A stretch of DNA of 63,611 bases, the filler included, from Octopus bimaculoides (Eukaryota), in assembly GCF_001194135.2 (NCBI RefSeq). It is 5 parts of 5 records of this genome, joined end to end, with 100 filler letters (N's around TTAATTAATTAA, not from the genome) between each part and the next. Parts side by side here need not be neighbours in the genome. Positions count along the whole stretch, not along the records: positions 1 to 15,393 come from NC_068985.1; positions 15,494 to 27,203 come from NC_068992.1; 3 more parts are not named here. One strand, given 5' to 3'. A program made the translations under genes and the position numbers. The stretch's first letter is position 1. Each line of letters starts with the position of its first letter. Of the stretch, positions 12,019 through 26,157 are shown piece after piece. The notes under the pieces were generated by a model, which was not told the origin of the DNA, did not search any database, and saw nothing but the letters and a program-made list of their open reading frames with translations.

Positions 12019-12664
12019 TTGTGTGTATATATATATNNNNNNNNNNATATATATTGGCCCTAATAATGTGATTAGCTCCAATAAGTATGTCAGACCAAGA
12101 TTTATGTTGAATGGAACAGTAATTATAATTTTCAACACAAAAACCACTCCTAATTTAAAGCCATTCAGAATATCACCTTTAGAAGGTTCATGGTACCTAA
12201 TAGTCAATAGCACGCAACGTCAATGTCTACGCTTATTAGTATTTGATTTCAATTGTATTTATTTATTTAGAGTTCTCGAGATTTGTTTTCATAAAATTTC
12301 CATTGTTTCTGATATTGAAATATTTCTGTATGTGCGTGAGTATGTCCTACTAATATATATATATATATATCTAGAAGATAGAGATGTGATTAACCTGACC
12401 AGTCATAAATGTATTTCAGCCATGACAGTTCTACATTATTAAATGTATTCTCAAAGATTTGATTTGAGGAAGATTTCAGCTCCATAGAGCCATCAGCGTT
12501 TACTAGTCTATTGATGTAGTTATTGTTCTTGTAGCAATAGTGATAGTTACCGATATTTTTACTATTTCCCACATTGTTACAGTCCTGCATATTTATTTTT
12601 CTTCTTTCTTTTGTATCAGCCATGCGGCGGCGGTCATACTGGAGCACCAACGTGGAAGTGTGAG

Positions 12665-12759
12665 ATGCATACAGCACCTAGGTTTCCCAAGCAGTCACCC
12701 ATCTAAGTACTCACTAGGCTCGACGTTGCTTAACTTCGGTGATCAAACGAGGACTGGTG
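12665..12759 (-). pseudogene. 5S rRNA-derived sequence (lacks about the first 25 nt), head of a SINE3-like chimera
   Basis: Reverse complement CACCAGTCCTCGTTTGATCACCGAAGTTAAGCAACGTCGAGCCTAGTGAGTACTTAGATGGGTGACTGCTTGGGAAACCTAGGTGCTGTATGCAT matches metazoan 5S rRNA, including the box A and box C regions. Confidence 0.9.
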
Positions 12760-13039
12760 ATTGCATAATCAAAGAAATTAAATAAAAAGACTAGCTATTT
12801 ATCCCATAAAATAAAAAGAAATATTAAACAGTATTAATGAAAAAAATTCAACCCTAATCTAATCGAAGTCTTAGTTTAGGCTAAGATGATAAACTTACTA
12901 CTAATTAATTTAGTGTTAAAAAAGGTATTGACTAAAATTATCATTAAAAATCAATTGAATAATATAAAAATACATATTTTTTTCAAACAATGATATAAAG
13001 TCATTTAACAAAGGTAAAAACGACACTTATCGCTACGCT

Positions 13040-13680
13040 GCTTTAGCCACAGCCTCCGTAGGACTTCGGAATCTTCCGCAACTCTTCTGGACGGTCTCCT
13101 TGTTCAAGTTGGTGAATGCTACCATAATCCTTGTCTTCAGTTCATCTTTAGTGTTACAAGGAGCTTTGTTGGTTTTTCGCTTAATTGTGCCCCACACATA
13201 ATAATCAAGGGGGTTGCAGTCTGGGGAGTTAGAGGGTCAGATGATAGGGGTGAGTGGGTGCAGAAATTGTCTGATAGCCATGAATGGATTCTCCTGCTTG
13301 TGTGGCATAGTGCAGAGTCCTGTCGCCAGACAGAGTCTTCCAGCAGCCACCCGCTTGACCCAGGGCAGCACTACCTCCTCCATGCACTTGATGTAGGCCT
13401 TCGTGTTTAGTCTGAGGCCGTATGGGAAGATGAATAGAGGCATAATGTCGCCATCACCAGTGATCGCTCCAAACACCATGATATTGACGGAATGTTTGAT
13501 TTTTATCACCCTCAGTACCTGTCCTCAGATTGACACCCAAACAATGAAATGTTTGTAATAGAGCTTCCAGTGCGAATACCAAGCAGTACAGCATGTCGTT
13601 TCCAAATTTATGGCCGAGTGAATTGCATCATGGTGCTCTGCCGACTGAAACTGCGCTTGCGCGGTGGATTTGAAAAATTA
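13040..13680 (-). mobile_element. Internally deleted DD37D (maT-type) Tc1/mariner transposon remnant
   Basis: The N-terminus MMQFTR..RHAVLLGIRTGSS..GVNLRT is fused directly to RVIKIKHSVNIMVFGAITGDGD..WRQDSA.CH..SPDCNPLDYYVWG. There are 37 residues between the second and third D after correcting one frameshift. Confidence 0.8.
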
Positions 13681-14654
13681 TAATATATAAGGATGAGACA
13701 CGTGTTATTTTGTCTCTAATTTATATGCTAATGTTTTGGCGTATCCGCTGATGAGAACTTCACCTTGCAGATTATTTTATTTGCTAATTAAACTTCGAAA
13801 CTTAAAGGTCCGGCTCTAACGTTAACTTCTAACGTTGGCATCTTATGAAGCTAAATTTATAAGTTCTAAAACTGCCTGTCGTGTATATATATATATATAT
13901 ATATTATTTTGCTTAAAAGAGTTCCAACATTGTCTGTTTTTTATGTTTTATTTATATTCCTGCAGAACTAATGTGGGGTATAGAATATGGAATATACAAT
14001 ATATAATATGATATACAATATACAATATAAAATAAAATAACATAAAAATGGATGGCACCATGAAAGAAAGTATTGAATGTAGATGAAATATTGAGTGTTC
14101 AATATAAAGGATCAAATATATAAATATTTAAATATATATATATATAAAAAGGCGACTCGAGTTTCAGGGTTATTTCCCTTNNNNNNNNNNNNNNNNNNNN
14201 NNNNNNNNNNNNNNNNNNNNNNNNNNNNNNNNNNNNNNNNNNNNNNNNNNNNNNNNNNNNNNNNNNNNNNNNNNNNNNNNNNNNNNNNNNNNNNNNNNNN
14301 NNNNNNNNNNNNNNNNNNNNNNNNNNNNNNNNNNNNNNNNNNNNNNNNNNNNNNNNNNNNNNNNNNNNNNNNNNNNNNNNNNNNNNNNNNNNNNNNNNNN
14401 NNNNNNNNNNNNNNNNNNNNNNNNNNNNNNNNNNNNNNNNNNNNNNNNNNNNNNNNNNNNNNNNNNNNNNNNNNNNNNNNNNNNNNNNNNNNNNNNNNNN
14501 NNNNNNNNNNNNNNNNNNNNNNNNNNNNNNNNNNNNNNNNNNNNNNNNNNNNNNNNNNNNNNNNNNNNNNNNNNNNNNNNNNNNNNNNNNNNNNNNNNNN
14601 NNNNNNNNNNNNNNNNNNNNNNNNNNNNNNNNNNNNNNNNNNNNNNNNNNNNTA

Positions 14655-14860
14655 TATATATATATATGTTTGTGTCTGCGTTTGTCCCCCCACCAACGCT
14701 TGTCAACCGTTGTTGGTGTGTTTACGTCCCCGTAACTTAGCGGTTCGGCAAGAGAAACCAATAGGATAGGTACTAGGCTTACAAAAAATAAGTCCTGGGG
14801 TCGATTTGTTCGACTAAAGGCGGTGCTCCAGCATAGCCTCAGTCAAATGACTGAAAAGAA
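14655..14860 (+). mobile_element. SINE family B, 3' half (5' part in gap)
   Basis: GTTTGTCCCCC..GTAACTTAGCGGTTCGGCAAG..GGGGTCGATTTGTTCGACTAAAGGCGGTGCTCCAGCAT. Confidence 0.85.
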
Positions 14861-15184
14861 TATAAGTTGATTTAATTGTCCCAGAATAGTATCAACACTA
14901 ATTAGTAGCTCTGGAATAGTTGCAGGAATGGATTCCGCCAACGGATGATATAATTATTTCTTAAGTAGTTTTGTTGGTCTAATTAAAAGGTGATCTATGT
15001 CTAACAGCCAAATAAACAATTTCATTTAATGTTTTTAATTATCAAATCTGAATATTCATATCTTCATTGATATCCTAAAGCTTCAAATATAAATAGGCAA
15101 ATACAAACAATAAGCAGGAAAAGAGGAAAAGAGAGATGGGTGAGAAATTGACAGAGAAAGAGTGAGATTCTGATATGTAGCAAC

Positions 15185-15216
<32 letters not shown>

Positions 15217-15229
15217 GGAGGGGAGAGAA

Positions 15230-15313
<84 letters not shown>

Positions 15314-15599
15314 AGTTGATAGACAGGTCGAGATAAAGACAGACAAGCAATCAGACAGATAGGTGGGTGGAATTGTTTTTTTTTTCTCTTTTANNNNNNN
15401 NNNNNNNNNNNNNNNNNNNNNNNNNNNNNNNNNNNNNTTAATTAATTAANNNNNNNNNNNNNNNNNNNNNNNNNNNNNNNNNNNNNNNNNNNNTATATAC
15501 ATATACATATACATATACATACACATATACATATATATATATTATATATATACATATACATATACATATATATATATGTATGTCTGTACGTAAAAAAAT

Positions 15600-15990
15600 T
15601 TCAAAAACAAACAATAACTTTCATGATCTACTTTTAGAAAAACAAAATTTAGGCAATACACTTCTTTCTCAGTCCTTGAACCCCAACTCAAACAAAGCTT
15701 ACAGAAAGCTGAAAGGGAAAGTGCACACTGCTCTAAGGAAAATGAAACAGGATGGTAGAATGACAGGGCAAAAGGGGCGCAAGAAGCAGCTGATAGAAAT
15801 GATGCCATGGATGTGTACTCTTGTGTTAAGGAGGTATATGGCCCCAAATATTCAATAGCTCCAGTGAGAACAGCAAATGGATATTTGTTTTTGACTGACA
15901 CCGCTTTTGCTCATAAGTGCTGGGTAGAGCATTTTTCGGCACTTTTGAATAAATCAGAATAAACCATCATCTGTTGACATGAGCATGACA
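15600..15990 (+). mobile_element. RTE/BovB-like LINE internal fragment (EN-RT linker)
   Basis: Frameshifted translation KAYRKLKGKVHTALRKMK..QEAADRNDAMDVYSCVKEVYGPK..APVRTANG..LTD..WVEHFSALLNK. Confidence 0.7.
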
Positions 15991-16048
15991 GAAAGATATC
16001 GAACAACTTCCAGCTATCGAGGAGATGGCATTTGAACCAACTCTAAAT

Positions 16049-16113
<65 letters not shown>

Positions 16114-17910
16114 ATAAATAGACAGCAAGATAGATAGATAGGTAGATAGACAGACAACCAGATGGATAGATATATAGATAGATAGACAGGAAGATAGATA
16201 GGTAGACAGATAGACAGACAGCTAGATAGATACATATATCTATGCGCGCGCACACACATGCACACTCACACACATGCACACTCACACGCGCACATATGGT
16301 AAATTGACCGGGGTGGTGGCTTACCTGTGTCTCTGTATATCTTTAAGTGTGACACCAGGTAAAAAATAATGTCTTAGAAATCACGGAAATAAATACCAGA
16401 CCTTCTAAGAAATTTTAAAAATTGGGTTTCTGTATGATCAATGAGAACCGTTCAAGGTGATACTCCAGCATGACCGTAGTCTAATATGCCTGAAAGAAAT
16501 AAAAGAATAAAATGAATAGAACGAACTGAGCAAGTTTACAGTCAGTGGTATACGACGAGAGAAATGAGAATATGTGACATTCATTCATTTTCAAAAGAGT
16601 ATTAATGATGACTATGGCGGAAGATGAGATTGAACAGAAGACTGATTCTACGCCTCAGTCTGGGCCCATAAAAGTATTTGATCTTTGGTAATACAATGCC
16701 TTCCACTCTATGAAGAACAAGCAATGGTTTCAATATAATTAGTTTTGTATTTTAGAGGTAGTTTTGCCATTCTCTGTTGTAGTGTTTCTGCGATAGCAAT
16801 AGAGTGAAACCATGTCGATGTTTTGGCTTACCTGGGGCTTCCTCTCCTGTCTTTCTGTAATGGAACACACTACTCTATGATAAATATTGATTGTTTAAAG
16901 ATATTTTACGATGGGTTAATATCTTCGGAAAAGGAGATATATCTTATGTGTGCGTGTATGTACTTCTGTATGCGCGCACACACACACACACACGCACGCA
17001 CACACATATATATATATATATCCATGTGTGTGTATATGTTTTCTTATATGTGAAGTTTCTTTTTTATTTATGTATGTATGTATAGATAGAGTAAGAATCG
17101 CCATCAATTGAATCCGTTACTAACAAATAATTTCCTTTCCACTTGACTGTTTGGGGGACAAAGTATTTATCTAACATGGCGCTATGTAACAATACGTTAC
17201 TGATTGGCTGAAGTTAAATAGAGAGAAATCCTATAAATTTACCGAGAATTGCTTAATAAATGTGTTAGAAGGAAAAATAAGGAAAGCAACAATTACAGAA
17301 TTAATATTTTGAAAAAGAAAACGTTAACTTTTCTGCAGTGATGCTACGAGAAATAACGACCTATATAAGGGAGGCGTGGTTATTGCTATGGCGTTTCTCA
17401 TAAACTGCTACGCGAAATGAAAAGGAAAAATAGGTAGCTACACGGAAACCAAGAAGAGATATCTCTGTGGTTTGGTCAAGCTGCTAGAAATAGCAGTCAT
17501 ATCTTCATTGGATAATTTATTCGGGGTACAGTATACATGAAAAGAGAGGGAAGGCATGGCAGTCAACGCTTGAGTGATTTAATTAATAGGTCTTATTGAT
17601 CTGGGTGAAAATGGATTTACAACAAACACATAACAAATAACAAACAACAAACAACAAACACAAAATAGCAACAAATGAAATAATTGTTTGTGATTTAAGC
17701 ACAAGATTACCAAAGGGAGACGGGATTAATCGATTAAATTGATAGTATTTGGACGGTATTTTATTCTATCGCCTCCGAAGAGATAAAAGGCAAAACTAAA
17801 CTCAATAAGATTTGAAAGCAAGAATGTAATGAATCCGTAGAAATAGCGCGAAATATTTTGTTCGGCGCACAAAGGATTCTGTTATTCCACATTATCGAAC
17901 AGCAAATAGG

Positions 17911-18510
17911 AATCCCCTCCACTACAGGCAAAAACCTGAAAATTTGTAGGGTGGTGGAAGTCGATTACCAGTACTTAACTGGTACTTATATTGTTCACTC
18001 CGAAAGGATGAAAGACATAGTCCACCTCGACAGAATTTGAACTCAGAACGTATTGTGTCGAAAGAAATGCCGCTAAGTATTTTGTCCGGCGCGCAATCGA
18101 TTCTGCCATCTTGTTGCCTTTGAACAGAAAATAACTAAAAAATAAAAAAACGGTTTCAAATTTTGGCACAAGAACAGGAATTTGAGGGAAGGAGCTACGT
18201 CGATTACTTCGGCTGTAGAGCTCAAATGCTACTTTGATCGACTCTTGAGATCAAATGCTAGGGAAAGGACGAAAGGTAGAATCGACTTCGGCGGTTTAAC
18301 TCAGGACATAAAGAAACTGGTAGAAATGCCGCTAAACCTTTTGTTCGACCCGCCAATGTTTCCTGCTTTAGGAAAAAGCATAAGCATGAAATGCTGGGGG
18401 TGGGGAGGGGCTCTAGTCGATTACACCCCCCCCCCCAGTACTCAACTGGTATTTACTTTATTGACCCAGAAGGGATGAAAGGCAAAGTCGACCTCAGCGG
18501 AATTTGAACA
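17911..18510 (-). mobile_element. Three tandem SINE family A copies (17911-18120, 18152-18370, 18371-18510)
   Basis: Three reverse-complement copies of core GTCGATTAC..GGATGAAAG..GTCGAC..GAATTTGAAC. Tails along the minus strand are type-1, type-2, type-1. Confidence 0.8.
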
Positions 18511-18837
18511 AATACAATAATAATAACAGTAACAACAAATACAATAGTAACAAGAATAAAAAACAATAGAAAACAATCAATCATGCAAAATGGATAATGA
18601 TTAGATATGTGATTGAATGGAGACATAAACAGAGAGGCATGATCGTTATGGAATCATTTGGTGTAAACTAATGACTGATCAGGGATGGATGAAAATAGCA
18701 TTTGGCTGCGTCGATAATGTGTTAATTTATTCTCATATTGCATTTAGTTATTGGACCACGGCAGCCATGTTTGGGCCTCACTGTTACTTATTTCAGTCTG
18801 GGGCACTGAACTATAACCTGTTATTTTAGAACTAAGT

Positions 18838-19064
18838 AAGGGAGTGAGTTGGCAGAATCGTTAGCACGCCGGGCGAAAATATTAGCGGCATTTCGTCTAT
18901 CTTTACGTTCTGAATTCAAATTCTACCAAGTTTGATTTTACCTGTCATCCTTTCGATGATTTAAGTATCAGTCGATGGATTAAGTACCAGTCGAATACTG
19001 GGGTCGATGTAATCGACTATCCCCCCTCACCTCAAATTTCAGGCTTTATGCCTATAATGGGAAG
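18838..19064 (+). mobile_element. SINE family A, type-1 tail
   Basis: GTGAGTTGGCAGAATCGTTAGCACGCCGGGCG..AAATTTCAGGCTTTATGCCTATA. Confidence 0.85.
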
Positions 19065-19207
19065 TTCTGTTGTTTGTTGTTCTAATCAGCCTCGTTTTGG
19101 GGCCCTCTTCTGGTTGGTAGCAAACACAATGTATGTTTGTTAAATAGTAACTAAAATCTGACGAAGATAAAGGTAGTCTTACGAAGTCATGATATATGTC
19201 CAGCACT

Positions 19208-19416
19208 AGGACGGTGAGATGCCAGAGTCGTTAGCACGCCGGGTAAAACGTCCAGCGACATTTCGTCCGTCTTTACATTCCGAGTTGAAATTTCACCGGG
19301 GTCGACCTTACATCTTTTCGGGGCCGATAAAATAAGCACCAGTTGAATACTGAGGTCGATTTAATCGACTTGCTTCCTCCTTCACACTTGCTGGCCTTGT
19401 GCCAAAATTTGAAGCC
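19208..19416 (+). mobile_element. SINE family A, type-2 tail
   Basis: GTGAGATGCCAGAGTCGTTAGCACGCCGGG..CTGGCCTTGTGCCAAAATTTGAAGCC. Confidence 0.85.
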
Positions 19417-20109
19417 AGTGTATGTGAAGCCCATTAGATAGATCGCTCGATACGTAGACAGACAGATAAAGAGTGAGAGAGAGGGGGTAAGCACACAAAA
19501 ATAAATAAATAAATAAATGAAGTTTCAAAAATAGAATTAGAAAGAGAAAAAGAACTCGAGAAAGAAAGGGCTAAAAGCAACAGCCAGACAGGCGAACAGG
19601 CAGCTAGGCAGTCAGACAGACGGTCAGACAGACATACACAGAGAAGCTGAAATGATGTAAAATAAAACAATGAAAGTCGTTTTTAGAGCATTTATCGTTC
19701 GATGTTGAATTAAATCTATATTTATTACTGTTTCGCTGTGATGTTAGATTTTATCAGTAAAGCAAAAGAGCAATTTTAAATTATAACATAAACCGAGATA
19801 TAGTTCATTAGACAAGCAGCAGGAGTGACTTCCGGTTAGCAGAAGCCACATCCTGGCCAGTCTTGCTTTTGGTGATCTCTTCCTGTGTTTCACTTCCTTA
19901 CCACCTAACATTAGATTATCATCAAATGTGGATGGATATGCAAAGAGTTTGCAGTTGACCTTTGCTAATATATTTGAATTTATATTTACTATCATTACCT
20001 GAAATTGTCAAGTCGAAAAAAATCTCTTTATGATGACTTGACCTGCTAGAAATAGCAACTAAATATACCTTGCATCGCATCACACCACGAAAGGTTAATA
20101 CAATCTTGG

Positions 20110-20379
20110 ACCACGCCACGCCTGGAAAAAATTACTTTGAGAGCGAAACTGGTAGACAAACGGCGTGGAAAACTTTTGTGTGTGTATGTGTGCGTGTGTG
20201 TGTGTGTACGTATGTGTGTGTATGTTTGTGCGTCTATGTGTGCGTGCTAGCGTGTGTGCGTGCGCGCGTGTGCGCGTGTATGTGTGTGCTTGAATGTGTG
20301 TGCTTGTATGTGTGTGTACGTGTCTGTGTGTGTAATTTTGTATGTGTGTTTGTGTGTGTGAGTGCGCGTGCGCGCGCGC

Positions 20380-20421
<42 letters not shown>

Positions 20422-20630
20422 CTTTGTTTTTGTGTCTTAATGTGTTTGTTCTCTACCGCTTAACAAACGATATCGGTTTGATTATGTCGCTGTAACTTAA
20501 CAGCTCGTCAATAGTGACCGACAGAATAAGTACCAGACTTATGGAAAAAAAGAAGTACTGGGGTCAATTTGTTCGACTAAACCTTTAAAATCATTGCCCC
20601 AGTGTGGCCGCAGTCAAATGACTGAAAAAA
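20110..20630 (+). mobile_element. Degenerate SINE family B with expanded internal (TG)n
   Basis: The tail GAATAAGTACCAG..TGGGGTCAATTTGTTCGACTAAA..CAGTGTGGCCGCAGTCAAATGACTGAAA follows about 280 bp of TG repeat. Confidence 0.7.
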
Positions 20631-20729
20631 CAACAACAACAAAAAGATAGAAAAAGCTATTAATGAGAAAAAAGAATTGATTCCCGTTGGTTCTTGTTCA
20701 GTTCTCGGGCAGCTGAATCCACAGTCTTT

Positions 20730-20734
20730 TAATA

Positions 20735-20781
<47 letters not shown>

Positions 20782-20828
20782 CATTATTATTGTTATTATT
20801 ATTATTATTATTGTTGTTGTTGTTGTTG

Positions 20829-20874
<46 letters not shown>

Positions 20875-20890
20875 CATTGTTATTACTATT
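20730..20890. repeat. (TTA)n/(TTG)n microsatellite
   Basis: Directly visible. Confidence 0.95.
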
Positions 20891-21727
20891 TCAACTTGAA
20901 AACCATTCAACTCCTTTACGTTATTTTATCCCCTGAGAAAGATTTGTATATTGGACAATTATTTCTCCTCTCACCTGTACAATTCTGTTTATCTATCTAA
21001 GCAGGAAATCAATTGTCGAAATGACCACATTAATAAGAAGCCGACAGACATGCGATATTGAAAAAGGAATTGTAAATTTTTCAAGAATTTCATATTATCT
21101 TTTCATGCCTTACAGAAGCTGCAATTGATATTTGGTAACAATGTCCTGTGAGGTTAAAGATTCATGCATTTATTTGGTCAATATCTCGAGAGTGAAATTA
21201 CAGTAAGACTGAAAAGCTATATGCTTGTTGTTTGGGGTTTTTTTTCCCGTCTAGTGGAATACTTAATGAATAGAAAGAAAAATGTACAGGAAGGATAAAC
21301 AAACTTTGTATGACAAATATCGAATACAGGTCAATAGAGGCGAAAGCTCTGTCAGTCAAGCAAATACTTTCAACTGAAATTAGAAATTTGAGAAATAGAA
21401 ATCTCCTCCGGCCGTTTCCTGTCAAAGTTTACATCCCATCAATTTGCAGTTATACAACAAACTCTGTTGACGAATCCGTTTCTTTATTTTTACCTTTTTA
21501 TCTTTTTCGACCCGATCCGATCATTTTTCACTACCAAGAAGAAGAATAATTTAAAGCATGGCTGCCGCATTCCATCAGCAGTGGAGTAAACGACGTTTCA
21601 ACAATAGTGGAGCAGACGACAGAAATATCAGCGGATGACACTTCAACAACTGTGAATCAAGCAAACAGACGACATTCTCTTGTAAAAGAGAGGTTTTAAG
21701 AGACGGACATTTTCTTTTTCTCTCCAG

Positions 21728-21845
21728 TGAGAAATCGATTTTTGTATCAGATTCATTGTTGATACTTTTATTATTTTTATTATTTTTATGGTTTCCTTTT
21801 CGTTATTTTATCCTGAGATTTTCTTACTGAAAGGAACAGGAAACA
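21728..21845 (+). other. Candidate non-coding (5'UTR) exon of the SLC6 gene
   Basis: Acceptor CATTTTCTTTTTCTCTCCAG| at 21727 and donor ACA|GTGAGT at 21846, in unique sequence free of recognisable TEs. There is no expression evidence. Confidence 0.3.
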
Positions 21846-22399
21846 GTGAGTGCATTGTAGTTATATGTTAGCGAAGTCGGTAGTCCACTTGAAGAGTTTA
21901 TTTATAAACAGCTCTGAATATTCATAGATATTTAAAAATACCGCGTGATTAATTATTTCTTTTAAACATGAATAAATAAATAAATAAATAAATAAGTAAA
22001 TAAAAATGCGTGTGAATCACTATCAATAAAATTCGGTGAGTATTTTTATACACAATGCAGTTTGCATTCCTGTAAAAGTATTTAACTAAGTTGATCGTTG
22101 TAGGTGTTGCAATATGAAAGAAGTTATGTGCTTCCAATAAAGTAACATTTTGTAACGTGGAACCATATTCAAAACGGAGACACATTTAGCTGTTATTTCC
22201 AGTAGGCTATATGACCATATAGTTTCTTTCGTTTGCTCAAAACTATCGTTTGTGTAAACACTTTCCATATTTTTCTTATCTTATCCATTTCGTGGCTATT
22301 CTTATTGTGCGGCGGGGTAACGATTCTACCAGCTCATGTCCTTGATGACTTGGGCGTTGTTGCTTTTGTTGTTGCTACTGCTGCTGGTTGCTGTTGCTG

Positions 22400-23836
22400 A
22401 AGATGATGATGATGATAGCAAAGAAGAAGGAAGAAGAAATAAGGGGAGGCGGAGAGGAAGGAAACAGAAAAGGACATTGAGGAGAAGAACAACAATAACG
22501 ACAAACAACAAGATGACGTCGACGACGACGACGATGATGATGATGATGGTGATGATGATGATGAGGAGGAGGAGGAGGAGGAGGAGGAGGACGATGATGA
22601 TGATGATGATGATAATGATGATGATGATGCGGACGATGATGATGATGATGAAGCTGGAGATGAAGGAAAATAGAAAAATGAAAAAAGCAAAAGAAAAGGA
22701 GAAAAGGGCGGAGAAAAAGGAAAAAAAAACAGACAGAAGACACAAGAAGAAGAAGAAGGGTAGATTGTTGTTAGTGATAATCATGCTGCGATATAAATTG
22801 ATAGTTATCATAAGAATCACGTATATCAAACTTAAAGATGTCACAGAAAAACATCCTGCTTGTTCATCTTCTTCTCTCCATCATTATGTCTCTTCTTCCC
22901 TCTAACTGCTGTTGTACCCTTCTGCCACACCACTCTCACTACTAAAATCCTTCCACAATGTATATATAATATAAAAATATATATACATATATGCAGCGTA
23001 TTTGAGCAACCATCTGTGTAGATGGGCGTGCGTGCGTGCATGCGTACATGCGTATGCGTACCTGCGATCGTGCATACGTCAGTGCATGCATATGTATGTG
23101 TTTTTGTTGTGCGCGTGCATGTGTAAAGAGGGAAGCTGTATTCATCTGAGAGATGGAAAAATACTAGTAGAGAACTGGTGCATGAAACATGATTAAATTG
23201 CAGCATATGCATTTGAGAACAGCATTACATTATTACCCCTATTATGATTATCATTACTGTTGTTGTTGTTATTATTGTTATCATTATTGTTGTAATTTCT
23301 ATTGTTATTTTTTTCCTTATTTTTTTTTGTTTTGTTTATGTTGTTGTTATTTAATTTTATCATTTGATCTATACTTACTCTTTGTATTCTTGGTTCGTTC
23401 TTTTAGTTTTATATGGAGATATTCCTTAGATTCTTCAGAAGTTTTAAAAGATCTTGTAAAGCGACCTGCATCAGATAAAACAGGCTTCTCTCTCTCTCCT
23501 TCTCTCTCTCTCCTTCTCTCTCTCTCCTTCTCTCTCTCTCTCCNNNNNNNNNNNNNNNNNNNNNNNNNNNNNNNNNNNNNNNNNNNNNNNNNNNNNNNNN
23601 NNNNNNNNNNNNNNNNNNNNNNNNNNNNNNNNNNNNNNNNNNNNNNNNNNNNNNNNNNNNNNNNNNNNNNNNNNNNNNNNNNNNNNNNNNNNNNNNNNNN
23701 NNNNNNNNNNNNNNNNNNNNNNNNNNNNNNNNNNNNNNNNNNNNNNNNNNNNNNNNNNNNNNNNNNNNNNNNNNNNNNNNNNNNNNNNNNNNNNNNTACA
23801 CACAGCTACATCTCGGTAGCTCTTTTGTACTCGATT

Positions 23837-23882
<46 letters not shown>

Positions 23883-24423
23883 ATTCTCATTCCCTATTTC
23901 TCTTTAGTCTCCTTGCTCTCCTTTTCTACTCTCAACACCCTCGTTTTCTTCCCTTTCCGTCCATTTTCTCCTTTTCTTTTCTAAATTCCACAGCACTTCC
24001 CCCTCCTCCCCTCTCTCTCTTCCTTCTCTCCCCCTCCCTCTCTCTGTCCGTCTTCTTGTTCCTTCATGTCCCAACTCCATCTTCCTCTCATTCTTTATTC
24101 CTTTTCACTTTCATTCAACGCTTCAACACTGTTCTTCACCACCATTTCCCATCTAGTCTCCGCTTGCGCCTCCCCATTATTGCTCCCTCTTACCTCTTCC
24201 TATGATACTTTACCAAGTCTCCTCCTCCTTCTTTCTCCTCACATACTCACGCTCTCTCTTCCCCTCCCACGTTCTCTTAACGTCTCAATATCCCCCCCTC
24301 ATCACACTAAAGATTCACCTTTATTCCTCATACACTTCCCTTCATTTTCTCCCTCCTCCTTTCTACTCTGTCTCCATCACACCCCTCTCTCAGATTTATC
24401 CGCTCTTTGTATTTACTGTCATA

Positions 24424-24483
<60 letters not shown>

Positions 24484-24652
24484 CACATACATACATTCAT
24501 ACATATATACATTCACACATACATACATATTTATAAATGCATATATATATATATGCATATATAATTCACAATATGTATACATATACACACACATGTGCGT
24601 ATGTATGTATGTATGTATGTATGTATGTGTGTGTATGAGTGTGTGTGTGTGT

Positions 24653-24694
<42 letters not shown>

Positions 24695-25605
24695 ACCGCA
24701 CTATCCTCACCACGACAAGACAATTATTCTGATATCACTTTTACAATATCGCATCTTGCTTTTACTTTTCTGATCACTCNNNNNNNNNNNNNNNNNNNNN
24801 NNNNNNNNNNNNNNNNNNNNNNNNNNNNNNNNNNNNNNNNNNNNNNNNNNNNNNNNNNNNNNNNNNNNNNNNNNNNNNNNNNNNNNNNNNNNNNNNNNNN
24901 NNNNNNNNNNNNNNNNNNNNNNNNNNNNNNNNNNNNNNNNNNNNNNNNNNNNNNNNNNNNNNNNNNNNNNNNNNNNNNNNNNNNNNNNNNNNNNNNNNNN
25001 NNNNNNNNNNNNNNNNNNNNNNNNNNNNNNNNNNNNNNNNNNNNNNNNNNNNNNNNNNNNNNNNNNNNNNNNNNNNNNNNNNNNNNNNNNNNNNNNNNNN
25101 NNNNNNNNNNNNNNNNNNNNNNNNNNNNNNNNNNNNNNNNNNNNNNNNNNNNNNNNNNNNNNNNNNNNNNNNNNNNNNNNNNNNNNNNNNNNNNNNNNNN
25201 NNNNNNNNNNNNNNNNNNNNNNNNNNNNNNNNNNNNNNNNNNNNNNNNNNNNNNNNNNNNNNNNNNNNNNNNNNNNNNNNNNNNNNNNNNNNNNNNNNNN
25301 NNNNNNNNNNNNNNNNNNNNNNNNNNNNNNNNNNNNNNNNNNNNNNNNNNNNNNNNNNNNNNNNNNNNNNNNNNNNNNNNNNNNNNNNNNNNNNNNNNNN
25401 NNNNNNNNNNNNNNNNNNNNNNNNNNNNNNNNNNNNNNNNNNNNNNNNATATAAGTAGGTAATTACGTAAATCCAATACTGTGGTCATGTATTTACATCA
25501 CACACTTATACACAAACACACACACACACATATAAGCGTCTTTCTATCTATCCAACAACTTAGTCTATCTACCCTCTGTCTCTCCCCCTTTCTCCATCCA
25601 ACTAT

Positions 25606-25660
<55 letters not shown>

Positions 25661-26096
25661 TCAACTAGTCTAACTTTCGATTTCTCATTCATCCATTTCT
25701 TCTCTCCATTTCTGTCTACATTTATCTATCACCGTCTTCCGATCTTGTATCGCTAATCACATTTAACACCTTTAGAATGCCAAAAACAAAAAGAAAAAAC
25801 AAAGAAAAAAAGCCAAACTCAGCACAGTGGCGCGGGGGTGACAGTCATGTGCCTCGTGAAGTTTATATTATTGCGAATGAACAAATAGCTCGTTTTCCTG
25901 GCAAACATTCAATAGTGATTCTTTTCTATCTTTATCACAGAAGAGCTCTGCTCCAAACCTATATATTTCGCCATAAAGCAACTCTTCCCAATCTATATAT
26001 ACTGTTGCACCTAATATAGAATTTGCTTTCTTTTTTTTTTCTCCTTTCTTCGCATTCATTCTGCATTTTTATCAGCATTTTATGTTTCGTTTACCA

Positions 26097-26157
<61 letters not shown>

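Noticed and set aside
12665-12759. Functional 5S rRNA gene
   Set aside because: About the first 25 nt are missing, there are many substitutions, there is no T-run terminator, and it is joined to a SINE tail.
17200-17400. CCAAT-like (GATTGG) and TATATAAG motifs as the SLC6 promoter
   Set aside because: Short motifs are common in AT-rich DNA, lie far from any supported exon, and have no other support.
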